Of a DNA stretch of 64,000 nt, positions 51,493-64,000 are shown piece by piece (position 1 is the first letter of the stretch; each line of letters opens with the position of its first letter). The notes below the pieces were generated by a model. That model was not told where the DNA came from and ran no database searches. It saw nothing but the letters and a program-made list of their open reading frames with translations. This DNA is from Eledone cirrhosa (taxonomy: Eukaryota). The stretch spans positions 14,012,001 through 14,076,000 of the forward strand of contig OZ024745.1 in the NCBI GenBank assembly GCA_964016885.1, given 5' to 3'. The position numbers were made by a program, and so were the translations under genes.

Positions 51493-52258
51493 GTAATGTA
51501 TATATTTATATTTTTACATATACACTATAATAATATTATGGTGTAAATTTAATCTAGCGCCACACAGTAACCTCCGAACAGGAATTAATCCGTTTGGAAG
51601 GTTATGGAAAATTTATCCATTAGTATGTATGGATTTTATGTCAGGTCCGACTTTTGTCTGCTACTGGTACCGTGTAACCCAGTAGTAGGGCTCCTTCATG
51701 GTTGAGTGGTTGGTGACTAAACTGGCTCCCCACCAAACCCAGGTCTAATGAGGAGGGTAAGTAGAACCCTAGCAGCACAAAAAACAAGAGTTGTTAAAAG
51801 GGTCAATGAACTCCTCAGAGTCAACAGCCAATAGCTTAAATAGCCTCACCAACCCACCTCTGACATAACCAAAACTAAACAGAAAGTGGTGGAGGTCAAC
51901 CAGGTAGGGGTTCCTCTAACAGGAGTGAGAAAGCCCTGTATTGGATTGGATGGAGGTCAACCAGGGAAGGGCTCCTCCAACAGGAGTGAGAAGGACCTGG
52001 ATTGGACTATCAAAGCAGTTTTAATCAATTCTCAATCTGTACTATATGAAACTACATCTGCAAGTCATTCTTGAAAAATATAAAACAGCACTATGACTGC
52101 ATCACATTAAGAATGAAAGTTTTTACACTAAGACTGCAAATTTTCACAACAATCTGTCTGCTAAGAAAACCACTATAAACATTTGAATTAACAGACGCCG
52201 TTTTTAAACATTTTCTGCTGAAGAGATAGTGTTATTTTTTCTTATTTTTTTGTTTCAG

Positions 52259-52527
52259 TAAATGGAAGTATGGATTCTATTTTGGGAATTGATCTGAACC
52301 ACATCTTTCCTCTGTCCAGTGGCTGTGGTTATCCAGTTTATACTAATTATGTTGGTGGTTTCAATGGCACTTTAGATTATATCTTCTATGATAACACACG
52401 TTTTGATATTTCTGAAGTGGTTCCATTGCCCGATGATAGTGAAGTCTTACTTCACACAGCTCTGCCCAGTGTTGTGTTTCCTTCTGATCACATTGCCCAA
52501 ATTTGTACTCTCAAATGGAAGCAATAA
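52259..52527 (+). CDS. PDE12: PDE12 last coding exon
   Basis: ...YTNYVGGFNGTLDYIFYD...ALPSVVFPSDHIAQICTLKWKQ* (LDYI and SDH motifs). tttcag acceptor. Total CDS 1869 nt = 622 aa. Confidence 0.97.
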
Positions 52528-55149
52528 TGTTTTTAAAGTTTATAAAAAAGAAAAGAAGAAAATATGAATTATTGAAGAAAATAAAAAGGCAAATGTTTAT
52601 ACAATAGATACATGAGAATTCAGTTGAATCTTGAAGTTTTAAACTTTTTTTTTGAGACACTTCCACTCTCCATTTATTGAGCAGGGAACAACAATTATGA
52701 TTTGTGTAATTAGTTAAAAATAATTGTCTCGTTATGTTGGAATGATTATTTCTAAACCTTTATATATGGACATTTTGTTTTCTTTTGTGATGACTTATTG
52801 GAAGAATATGCTTAGGAAAAGCATTTATGTTCCCCATTGATGTGATTTATGTTAAAGAGTTTCAGAAGATGAGGAAAATGTTATTCTGAAGTGAATTTGG
52901 TTATTAGTGTCACATCGCACAGTTGCTTACATTTTGATGTGTAAACACCCTGAACAGCCTTGTCAACTTGACTGGGACCAGAGTTCCACCAAGAAAAGTA
53001 AAAGTAACAGGTCTGTTTTTCTTTATCTGTGATACATCACAACGAAACTAGAAGAGTCATTTTTTAAACAAAGAAAAGAATTTACTCAATTATTAGGAAT
53101 AAGGTATTTTTTTTGGCAGTAATTTCCATTATTGTTTCCATTTCAAAAGAGAAATTTGGTCACCAATTTTGTATTTGATTTTAATTGAAAATATTTTTAT
53201 TTGATGTTTATTGGTTGGTCTTTTATTTACAGTGTTATCTTTGGCATTATATATATGTATTTTTGAGACATTTAGTTTCTACTTCCACAATGATTTATAC
53301 ATTACAATTTTTTTCATTTCGAGGTTGTGAGAACATTTTCTTTTGACATATCTTCTGACTGATGATTAGTAATGATGCCAACATATGAGATGATATGTGA
53401 GTTTATAGAATATGGTATTTCATTGCTCATCTTTTAGACCTATAATTTCTTTTACTACTTTATCAAGTGTAGCAACATATTGTCTCTTTTTCTTCAGGAT
53501 TTCCATCATACAAGGAAATCTACAATTATTAGGATGTTTATCATACGAAAAACAAAACAAATCTTAAGACACTCTTTAAAGAAATTTTAGTTGTTTAAAT
53601 TGTTTTATTTGATAATATTCTTCTTTATCAGTAAATCAATACTCAAAGGGAAAAAAGTTAAAATGAGTTCTGACCATATTAATTTAAAATGGTTAGTAAA
53701 CACCTAATATTTCAGTTAATACATATCAAATATACTTATCCGGATTAGAAACTTTGATAAAACTGTTCTATATTTTGTCTCCTTTGTCCATTGTTTATGA
53801 TACAACAACCACAAGTATATAACAAGTTTTTGGAAATCTGCTTTCTATCAATTTTCCGGAATTAACTTTAGTTAAAACATTTTTTTCTATACTTTGCCAT
53901 TGATTTTTTAAAATGGCCAACTACTGCTGTTATTTGCCTGTGTTAATGCCTCAATATATGATTCTATTGATTCTAGTCCGGTTTAACTGGTCTATGTTAA
54001 TTTTACTTGTTCTTCCGCTTTTATCAAAGATAAACCTTTTGTATGACTGGTGTTGTATAATTTTTTTTACCTTTATTATAGAGAGGGAAGAAGTATTTCA
54101 TGTGGTTTAAATAAATTGTCTGTTGTATGTCACAGCTTATTGTATTGAGTGCTGTATAATTTTTTTTAACCTCTATTGTATATAGAGTATTTCTGTGTGG
54201 TTTAAATATATTGTCTGTATGAGCAAGACACAATCATCTAATCTGACTTGCCTCACAACCGGACAACTTGTCTAACCCATGCTAGTGTGGACGTTAAACA
54301 GTGATGATGTTGATGTCTGTTGTATGTCAGAGCTTATTGTATTGATTATTGTATAATCTTTTTACCTCTATTATATATAGAGGGAAGTATTTCTGTACGA
54401 TTTAAATATATTATCTGTTGTATGTCAGGGCTTATTGTATTTTATTATGAATGAGTATATATATACCCACTTGTTGGAATAATTAGGGAGTTTTTCATGT
54501 TTATTATGAAGTATAGAATTCTGGAAAAAGAAGACAGTTGATTATGTCTTGTAATAATTGAAAGTGTGGAATTAAAATTCTACAAAAACTTTGTGATGAA
54601 TCTATAAGTTCAATACTTGTAATTAAACTAAGAGGTATACAACTATGTCTAAGATAATATGAAACTATAAGAATTGTTTCCTGTAGAGAAATATGATTGT
54701 ATATGTGTTGTTTTGTTTTCTGCAATTTTCAGATTTTGCCTTCAAAATAAAATGGTTATCTCTTTGCTACAATTTGTAATATTGAAAAACAAAACAAAAC
54801 TAAAAAAACTTAAAAAAATAAACACTGAACATGTACAACACCATGAACTAAATGGCATTAAAATGTATTCTTTTCTTTTATGTGAGAATATCAATACTAA
54901 TTTTTTTAACACCCTTTGCATTACTGGCATTTTTCTTATATCAAAGGGCTTTTATTCCTTTAACAAGATGCCAAGGTTTGTGAGGAGAAATGTTTTGTCG
55001 ATGAAATTTGGCTGATAAATATAGAGATTGAGAGGATGCTGTAGCTTCGAGATGAACAGATAATATTAAGAAAATGAGTTTCTTGTGAGGACTGCTGAAT
55101 GTATATGACTATGGTTGGCACTTAGCCATATCCTGGGAAGAAGAATATA

Positions 55150-55455
55150 ATAAGTAAAATTATTGTGTACAGTGCTCAGGTGCACTACAAGTCATCAAAG
55201 GTGCATGTATAGTATATAGAATAATGTACAAAAGTGAGGAAAGTGAACAGTGTATTAGTCATGATATACACACACCATACACCTACATGCGTGTCTATGG
55301 AGGGGGAATATCAGGTGTAGTGTTGGCGAATTTTGGGAAGCATGGAAGTTTTGAAGGATGCAGTTTACCAATAGCTAACAACTGATGCAGGTAGTTTGTT
55401 CCATGCTTCAGCAACTCTGAGCATGAAAAAATGTTTCCGAAAGTCATGGGAGCTG
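55150..55455 (-). mobile_element. CR1-type LINE 3' fragment, same family as 18160
   Basis: Reverse-complement near-identity to 18200-18430. Confidence 0.85.
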
Positions 55456-56119
55456 ATTTTGTAGGTAGAAAATTGATTGAAATTATCTGGAAATCAGCCA
55501 TTGAAAGTTAACATACAACATTCAACTATTGAATGAAGGCCATTAAACCGATTATAATATTGTTTGTATTATCATTGAAAGCTTATATTGCCATTGATCC
55601 TTATATCCAGCACAGCAATGCTTTTTACATATCACTTTTAACCAGAATATTTAACTATATTTTCTAGTCCTGCTATCAAATATTTAAACTATATCCTCTA
55701 GTCATGTTAACATATATTATCTCTAACTCAAATATATCCCCACATCTATACTCCCACCTTATGCATCAAAATAATCATATTTTATTTATCTTAATTCACA
55801 GTTTTCTGCTAATGTCTGATACAAATAGATTTAGAGCTTTATGCTAAACAGTCTGCCAAGACTATTATTATTATTATCATTATTATTATTGGATAATATT
55901 TCAACTTGCCACATCAATCTCTTCTTTGTTATAATTATTAATTGTATGAATTGTTTTACTGTAAATATTTCTTGTTAAGTGTCATTTAAATTGTAATATG
56001 ATGTGATCTCTTGAAGCCATTGTTTGGTTTATCTGAAACTTTGTATGACAGAGAATATATATATAGTACTATACTATACATGTAAATATATATATATATA
56101 TATAGTACTATACATGTAA

Positions 56120-56151
<32 letters not shown>

Positions 56152-56158
56152 ATACATG

Positions 56159-56210
<52 letters not shown>

Positions 56211-56314
56211 TTCAAATATTAACAAAATAGATTTAATCGTTAAGATTTAATCAAGGTAGTACCTTGATTAAATCTTAACCATCTACCATGTCAGGGTATG
56301 TCATGTATCATTTT

Positions 56315-56379
56315 ATTTTATCTGATGAGGACGTACTGTTGAACTTAATTCAGTACCTCTGAAATATGTATAATAAAAT
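56315..56379 (+). ncRNA. Type I hammerhead ribozyme-like motif
   Basis: Stem I ATTTTAT/ATAAAAT; core CTGATGA; stem II GGA-C-GTACTG/CAGTAC-C-TCT; GAAA; minimal stem III ATATGTAT; AUA cleavage triplet at 56370-56372. Confidence 0.7.
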
Positions 56380-56772
56380 TTAATTGATCACAAGAATATC
56401 TATTTTGTTAATATTTGAATTAATATTAATAACTCTGGAAAATATCACCTGTAGAGTGCTTCCAATCTACTGTAAAACTCATTCTTTGATGTACTCATTG
56501 AATCTCGTTTAACTCTTTAATATATATATATATATATATACACATATTACATATATATATATATACACTCGTGTGTGTATGTATATATATATATGTGTGT
56601 GTGTGTGTATATATATATTTATAAATCTATCTATGTATGTATGTGTGTGTGTGTATATATATATATATTTATATATTTGTATCGATGTATGTGCATATGT
56701 GTGTGTGTGTATATATTTATATATTTGTATCTATGTATGTACATATGTGTGTGTGTGTGTGTGTGTATATAT

Positions 56773-56820
56773 CCCACCCTTGCAAGCAGGGAAAAGCGGT
56801 CGTAAAATGATGATGATGAT
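56773..56820 (+). mobile_element. Extremely 5'-truncated 3' end of the same RTE family
   Basis: cccacccttgcaagcagggaaaagcggtcgtaaaa(tga)n differs by one base from the 3' end of the 7021-10260 LINE. Confidence 0.85.
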
Positions 56821-56871
56821 TATATATATATATATATATATAAAGATACTCAATACTTTAGTAGAGTATAG

Positions 56872-57032
56872 GTATATTCATTTTATTATATTTTATTATA
56901 GAAATGACTTCTACAGGACTAGAACTTTCATTTGTAAGAAATCATCAGGAAAGTCAGAACTTTCCTGATGATTTCTTATGAATGAAACAGTTCTAGTCCT
57001 GTAGAAGTCATTTCTATAATAAAATGAATATA
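56872..57032. repeat. ~70-bp-arm inverted repeat inside (TA)n containing CTGATGA...GAAA
   Basis: Arms ttttattatagaaatgacttctacaggactagaac... and ...gttctagtcctgtagaagtcatttctataataaaa, centred near 56955. Confidence 0.93.
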
Positions 57033-57625
57033 TATATACACATACATACACACAGACATACATATACATATATATATATATATATATATGAATACACTTA
57101 CTTATATAATGAAGCAATTTCTATTTTATAACATTCTGTTTGAGCACTGTATTGATTCCAAGATTTGATAACTGACATATTTTGTCTCCGCTCATCTTTA
57201 TATACAATATCCATATTATATATTATATATAACACTGTTGATGAAGTGTAAAGTCAACACAATCAATTTGATTCTACCTTTATTCTGCTTCTAGAAAAAA
57301 AAAAAAAAATTTATCTCTGCCATCCAATACATTCCTGCTTTTGTAGATTAGCAGCAGTACTGGATTTCTATATGGGCTAAGTGTCCTGCAGTCCAGGACC
57401 TTATAATCCGGGGTGAGGGGGGGGGGGTCTCCATATATCTGTATCTATAAAACATAACAGTTTTGTCAACATTTACAGTATTATAATTGTTATTAAATAC
57501 ATTTTCTTTTCTTTTTGGGTGTCACTCCTGTTTTAGGGGTTGACATAGGTTGATGCTGGAGTCTCAGTGTCATCCCCACTGTAGGGGTACATTCATGTGT
57601 ATCTAATTTTCATTAAGTTTTTTTT

Positions 57626-57869
57626 TTGTGTGTGAGCAGATGCTGGGGACCTGCAACTGTTCTCTGGAGCAGGTGTGACCCCTAGTTGTGTGTGAGTAGA
57701 TGCTGGGGACCTGCAACTACTTTCTGGAGCAGGTGTGACCCCCTAGTTGTGTGTAAGCAGATGCTGGGGACCTGCAACTACTCTCTGGAGCAGGTGTGAC
57801 CCCTAGTTGTGTGTGAGCAGATGCTGGGGACCTGCAACTACTCTCTGGAGCAGGTGTGGCCCCTAATTG
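57626..57869. repeat. 60/61-bp tandem repeat, 4 copies
   Basis: gtgtgtgagcagatgctggggacctgcaactactctctggagcaggtgtgacccctagtt repeated four times. Confidence 0.95.
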
Positions 57870-58099
57870 CTTTAATCCGGCCCTGGTTTAGCACTATTAA
57901 CAATATAGTTTTGTTTCTTTTTTTTTTTGCTATCTCAGACAATAAAGTAAATGATTTTATAATGATAATGGACACGTAAAACTCAACACATATCTCTCTT
58001 TTAAACAATTCTGTTTTGGAAGATTCCCGACTGCTGAATTATTTGTAGCTACGTTTAGTTAACCCAGTTGATAGTTTTTGGTAGTTACTGTACCTTTAA

Positions 58100-58311
58100 T
58101 AACTTACACTCATATTCACACACATAGACATATATACATATATACACTCACACACAGTCACACAAACATATATACATATATATATATATGCAGTCACACA
58201 GTCACACACACAGTCACACATAGACATATATATACAGTCACACACTCACACACACACAGTTATACATAGACATATATATATGTACAGTCACACACTCACA
58301 GTTATACATAG

Positions 58312-58342
<31 letters not shown>

Positions 58343-58377
58343 GTCACACAGTCACACACACACAGTCACACATAGAC

Positions 58378-58417
<40 letters not shown>

Positions 58418-58497
58418 AGTCACACACACACACAGTCATACATAGATATATATATATACAGTCACACACTCACACACACACGCAGTCATACATAGAC

Positions 58498-58534
<37 letters not shown>

Positions 58535-58773
58535 AACAGTCACACACACACACAGTCATACATAGACATATATATACATATATATATATATATAAACAGT
58601 CACACACACACACAGTCATACATATATATATATATATACAGTCACACACTCACACACACACGCAGTCATACATAGATATATATATATACATATATATATA
58701 TACAGTCACAGACTCACACACACAGTCAAACATGGACATATATAGATATATACACGGACACACAGTCAAACAT

Positions 58774-58860
<87 letters not shown>
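58100..58860. repeat. Compound (CA)n/(TA)n microsatellite
   Basis: Direct inspection. Similar tracts at 2470-2615, 17070-17500, 56050-56205, 56520-56770, 59410-59690 and 62975-63240. Confidence 0.97.
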
Positions 58861-59222
58861 ATTTCACTAATTTGCACTATTCAAATCTTTTTGATGGTTG
58901 AAGTTGCTTATATTCCAAGGTAGACCTAGCCATATTTATTGATACACCTAATTAAAATTATTCTTTTTAAACTCCACATCACACTTGCTTAATTATATTT
59001 ATACATTTTTAATATTTCTACTTATAACCTACATGATGATATCTTTATTACATATATATAACTAACAAATAGATTTATCGCTTTACATGGCTGATACAAG
59101 AAATGTAAATCTGAGTTTTTCCAATATTAATAATTATATTCGATTCGTTTGCAATTATGCAAACAGCTTCTTAAGCCATGTCAGTAAAATGACCCCGCCG
59201 TTCTTGCTCTTGTGTTGGCATA

Positions 59223-59280
59223 TAAACAGAATGGCAAACACTAATGTTTCCGGGTTATTACCCTTCATCAGTACTGTTTA
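59223..59280 (-). ncRNA. Degenerate type I hammerhead-like motif
   Basis: Minus strand TAAACAGTA-CTGATGA-A GGGT aata ACCC G-GAAA-CA ttag TG-TT-TG ccatt CTGTTTA. All three stems can form; GUU triplet; unpaired base of stem II. Confidence 0.5.
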
Positions 59281-59984
59281 CCTGCCAACTATGAGAGTTA
59301 GTGAAAATATATGATATTTTCTGGAATATACAATGACTGATCGGCCTGATCAGCCAGATCTACATATTAGCAGACCCACTGATCAGCCAGATTTGCATAT
59401 CAGCAGATAAGCCATACACATGTATGCATATATACATTCATGCATATATACATACATATATACATGCACATGCATGCATATATATATATATAAACACATA
59501 CAAACATGACTTTGTAACTGGCTTGAATTCTGTAAACAATTTAAATTAGCCTTAATGGAAACACACACACACACATACACACATACACACACGCACACTT
59601 CTATAGCAAACTGACTTACATACATGCACATATATACATACATGCACATATGCATATACATAGATGCACATATGCATACACACACATATATAATCACCTT
59701 TAAACTGATTATTTCTTATTAATTAGTAGTCACTTTTATAAAAAAACATTTTTCAGATACAAATTGTTTTAGTCGAGCTTTATGTTGAAATATCTTTGAA
59801 AACCTTTGTTATTATTATTATTGAAAAATATTTCAATTTGCTACTCCAAATTTGTTAAAAAGGGTTTATTAAATGATTCACTCAAGAAGTGAAACATTTT
59901 TTTGTTATTCCACCCCTCAAAGTGATATTTTACAGCTTAGTAAACCAACCACTGCATTTGTACATTGTTGCTTGGTAGCTTCTA

Positions 59985-60500
59985 CAGCTATATTTCATTA
60001 GATATAACTGTATATATATTGTTGCTGGTAGCTTCTACAACTATTTGTTTTATTAAGTATAACTGTAATATATTATTACTGGTAGCTTCTACAGTTATTT
60101 GTTTTATTAAGTATAACTGTAATATATTATTACTGGTAGCTTCTACAACTATTTGTTTTATTAAGTATAACTAATATATTATTACTGGTAGCTTCTACAA
60201 CTATTTGTTTTATTAAGTATAACTGTAATATATTATTACTGGTAGCTTCTACAGTTATTTGTTTTATTAAGTATAACTGTAATATATTATTACTGGTAGC
60301 TTCTACAGTTATTTGTTTTATTAAGTATAACTGTAATATATTATTACTGGTAGCTTCTACAACTATTTGTTTTATTAAGTATAACTGTAATATATTATTA
60401 CTGGTAGCTTCTACAGTTATTTGTTTTATTAAGTATAACTGTAATATATTATTACTGGTAGCTTCTACAGTTATTTGTTTTATTAGGTGTAATTGCAATA
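59985..60500. repeat. 54-bp minisatellite, ~9.5 copies
   Basis: ggtagcttctaca recurs at a 54-bp period. Confidence 0.95.
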
Positions 60501-61543
60501 TATTTTGTAGCACTTGCTACTTGTGATAAATCTACTATGTTGTCCTGCATAGTTATTAGTGGCCTTAATAAGTAGTAAGTAGTATTGTGTTGATTATTTG
60601 TATTATTTGTTATTAGAATAAGGACTACTCAGAGACTATCAGGTGATTCTTAAGGTTGTGACATATTGATTTGTAACAGGTAGATAAAGATTTGAGGTAA
60701 ATTAGGATTTGTAACTGGATGATTAATGATTTGAGGTAATTAGGATTTGTAACTGGATGATTAATGATTTGAGGTAAATGATGATTCATAACAGGTGGAA
60801 AATGATTTGTGTCAGGTAAATATTGATTTGTATAAGGTAGATGATGATATAAGGTAAATGATGACTCATAACAGGTGGATAATGATTTGTGACAAGTAAG
60901 CAATCATTTGTAATAGATAAATAACAATTTGTAACAACTTTATACAGTAATGAGTGTTTTAAGGTGACTTTTCCCTGCTAGACAACAGAGTTAGTCTTGC
61001 AGGCCCCATTACAGGCTTAATTCATTATGGGGTCCTTTTTAAGGTAGTGATTTACTATCACATGTATTTTCTAAGACCAAATCATTTAGTCACCTCTTAT
61101 CATACAGGAATATGATGTACCTATTCTTAACGAGATACACAGTACAACAATTTATGACAGGTGAATAGTAATTAGTAAAAGGTGAATAGCAATTTCTTCT
61201 GTAAATTAAAATTAAAAAGTGGTTATGTAATTTAAATTAATATTGTCTGTGATGAAGAAAAAGGATATTATTTGCAGAAATATATTTGAAAGATGTTAAA
61301 ATTAACTTCCAAATCTTTTTACAGTGGCAGAATGCCATGAGTCTAAACTGCTGGATTACTGGTTACTTAATTAGGCATTCAGTTTTACTGCTATTGTTTT
61401 GTTGATGTACCTAATTAATTTATAGGTACTATGTTGTACTTATAGGCAAGACCTCCAAGGGTCACTTGTAGAGAAACCCTACAAAAAGACATGGTCATCC
61501 TGACTATTAAGGCAAGTGCCCACTCCCATAACAACAATAGTAA

Positions 61544-61575
<32 letters not shown>

Positions 61576-61884
61576 ATTTCTAACATATAAAAGGCCATAA
61601 TAATATGGTCAGCCAGTTAGTAAGAATAATTGTTTCTACTTTTGGCACAAGGCCAGCAATTACCCAGTGCATTACTGGTACTTTATTTCATCGACCCCAT
61701 AATAATAGTTTTGAAGTTAAGAGTATAAATCTGTCCCAAATCAATTATGTAACTCCACAGTGTCTGTCTCATTGATTAATTTAATTAACAGTATTTAATT
61801 GTTCCTTTTCTTTCTCTCTTATTTTAAATTATTGTTTTTATGTATTCTCAGGGAAAGGTGTTCATCTGAGGGAATTGCAGCTTT

Positions 61885-62716
61885 GATTGACATAATAGGT
61901 TATAGTGGTAGCTGTAGAGATTGACATAACAGTAAGCTATAGTGGTAGCTGTAGAGATTGACATAACAGTAAGTTATAGTGGTAGCTGTAGTGATTGACA
62001 TAACGGTAGAGATTGACATAATATTAGGATATAGTGGTAACTGTAGAGATTGACATAACAGTAAGTTATAGTGGTAGCTGTAGTGATTGACATAACGGTA
62101 GAGATTGACATAATATTAGGATATAGTGGTAACTGTAGAGATTGACATAATAGTAGGTTATAGTGGTAGCTGTAGAGATTGACATAACAGTAAGCTATAG
62201 TGGTAGCTGTAGTGATTGACATGACAGTAGAGATTGACATAACAGTAAGCTATAGTGATAGCTGTAGTGATTGACATAATAGTAGGTTATAGTGGTAGCT
62301 GTAGTGATTGACATAACGGTAGAGATTGACATAATATTAGGATATAGTGGTAACTGTAGAGATTGACATAATAGTAGGTTATAGTGGTAGCTGTAGAGAT
62401 TGACATAACGGTAGAGATTGACATAACAGTAAGCTATAGTGATAGCTGTAGTGATTGACATAAGACTAGGTTATAGTGGTAGCTGTAGAGATTGACATAA
62501 CAGTAGAGATTGACATAATATTAGGATATAGTGGTAACTGTAGAGATTGACATAATAGTAGGTTATAGTGGTAGCTGTAGAGATTGACATGATGGTAGAG
62601 ATTGACATAATATTAGGATATAGTGGTAACGGTAGAGATTGACATAATATTAGGATATAGTGGTAACTGTAGAGATTGACATAATATTAGGATGTAGTAG
62701 TAGCTGTAGAGATTGA
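61885..62716. repeat. 36/18-bp composite minisatellite
   Basis: 36-mers gattgacataacagtaagctatagtggtagctgtaga mixed with 18-mers gattgacataacggtaga. Confidence 0.95.
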
Positions 62717-64000
62717 GCTTTGTCAATGAAGGTAAATGAAGCCGTCCTGATAAAAAAAGAATGGGTTTATTTAATTTTTTAAAATTTCATATCACATTAG
62801 GTGAAAAATAGTGTTCTTGGTTACAGGTTTCCAAAGTGCAAGTCCCTGGTTTACTGCATTTCTAACATCAACAGTGATAAGGGAGTATCTGTGCAACTTG
62901 GACAGAACAAATGTCACATGGTATTTTTATTGGAAAGCATTGGGGTTTTTTTTTCTGCTGATATACATTGACAGAAGATACACACACATAAATAGATACA
63001 CACAAACAGATACAGACACACATAAATAGATACACACAAACACTTACAGAGACACACCTGCATACAGGCATACATAGATACACATGAAAACACACTTGCA
63101 CATATAAATAGATACACAAAAAAACACATACTCAGACACACAAACATCACAAATAGATACACTCACATACAGAAGCACACAAACACGCACACAAAGACAT
63201 ACATACATACACATACAAATACACATGCACACATATACAAATTTCTGCAGTTTCCATCTATATTCCACTAAATGTCCAAAACTGGTAGAAGGCATTTGTC
63301 AAAGGTGCCACTCAGTGGGATCAAGCCTAGACCCTTGTGGTTACAGACTTAACTTCTTAACTACTCTGCCACACCTGCAACCATAGTTTTCTCCCTATTG
63401 AGTTTTTTTAATTTTAAAAAGTGGATGAGGGGAAAGTAAAAATATTGGTTTTAATTCTTATTTCAGACAGTCACACCTTTCACCCCCAAAATATGACAAA
63501 CCCCTTTAAAATAGCAGTTATTTGCTGAATCTAGAAAAATTCAATTCAATATGCAAGGGGCAGCAAAAGTAACACCCACCCTATTTTTAAAATTTAACAA
63601 CATTGAACGGAAACATTTTCTTAAATTACTGTAAATTTATTTTCGTTCAATTAATGATTAAAAAGGAGGCATAACTTTTGCCGCACCCTGTATATTGTGC
63701 ATTGTAAATGTTGCTTGTAAAATAAAGGTGAAACTTAAGACACAAGTATATGGTAAATGCAGGGTTTGGAATGGACAAGAACCATTGTGAAGAGGAAAAA
63801 AAAATCTCTGTAGAATAACTTTTTATTTTACTACCTATTCTGTAATTGAATGGATTTCAACTGATTTTTTTTATAATTGTGTTTTGTAAAAATTGTTTGA
63901 TTCTTAAATATTTGTTTATAAATAATTCTTGTGTATTTGTGCACCAGACGCTGTGGATTCTTGAAATCTGTTACTAAGATCTTTTAGTTTCTGTGTAGTG

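Noticed and set aside
51493-51497. Alternative PDE12 exon 6 donor AAT|gtatat
   Set aside because: Gives phase 0, incompatible with the phase-1 acceptor at 52259.
57626-57869. CRISPR-like regular repeats (also 15073, 44325, 59985, 61885)
   Set aside because: Units are head-to-tail with no unique spacers, there are no cas genes, and the context is eukaryotic.

Overview
AT-rich eukaryotic (animal) genomic DNA, most likely an octopod cephalopod. This is an inference from the abundant OR-type tRNA-derived SINE, the RTE LINEs with (ATC)n tails and the (TA)n/(CA)n load. Two intact spliced genes for mitochondrial proteins lie head-to-head. GHITM is on the minus strand (7 coding exons, 29377->15631, 340 aa by my exon joining). 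PDE12 is on the plus strand (7 coding exons, 35529->52527, 622 aa). All introns are GT-AG and phase-consistent. The rest is mobile DNA: a near full-length but disabled RTE LINE, bipartite non-autonomous RTE derivatives, SINEs with target-site duplications, CR1 and CRE-like LINE relics, Helitron-type elements, TA- and TTAA-type MITEs, a solo LTR and about nine minisatellites, at least three of which demonstrably grew out of transposon segments. The most unusual signals are (1) several hammerhead-ribozyme-like folds, most of them in short palindromic cassettes inside (TA)n tracts (Penelope/retrozyme-like); (2) an exact 30-bp copy of the PDE12 stop-codon region pasted into an intronic SINE; and (3) a tRNA-Ala(GGC)-like Pol III unit next to a 1.16-kb foldback element. 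Most long ORFs in the supplied track are artefacts of tandem repeats.
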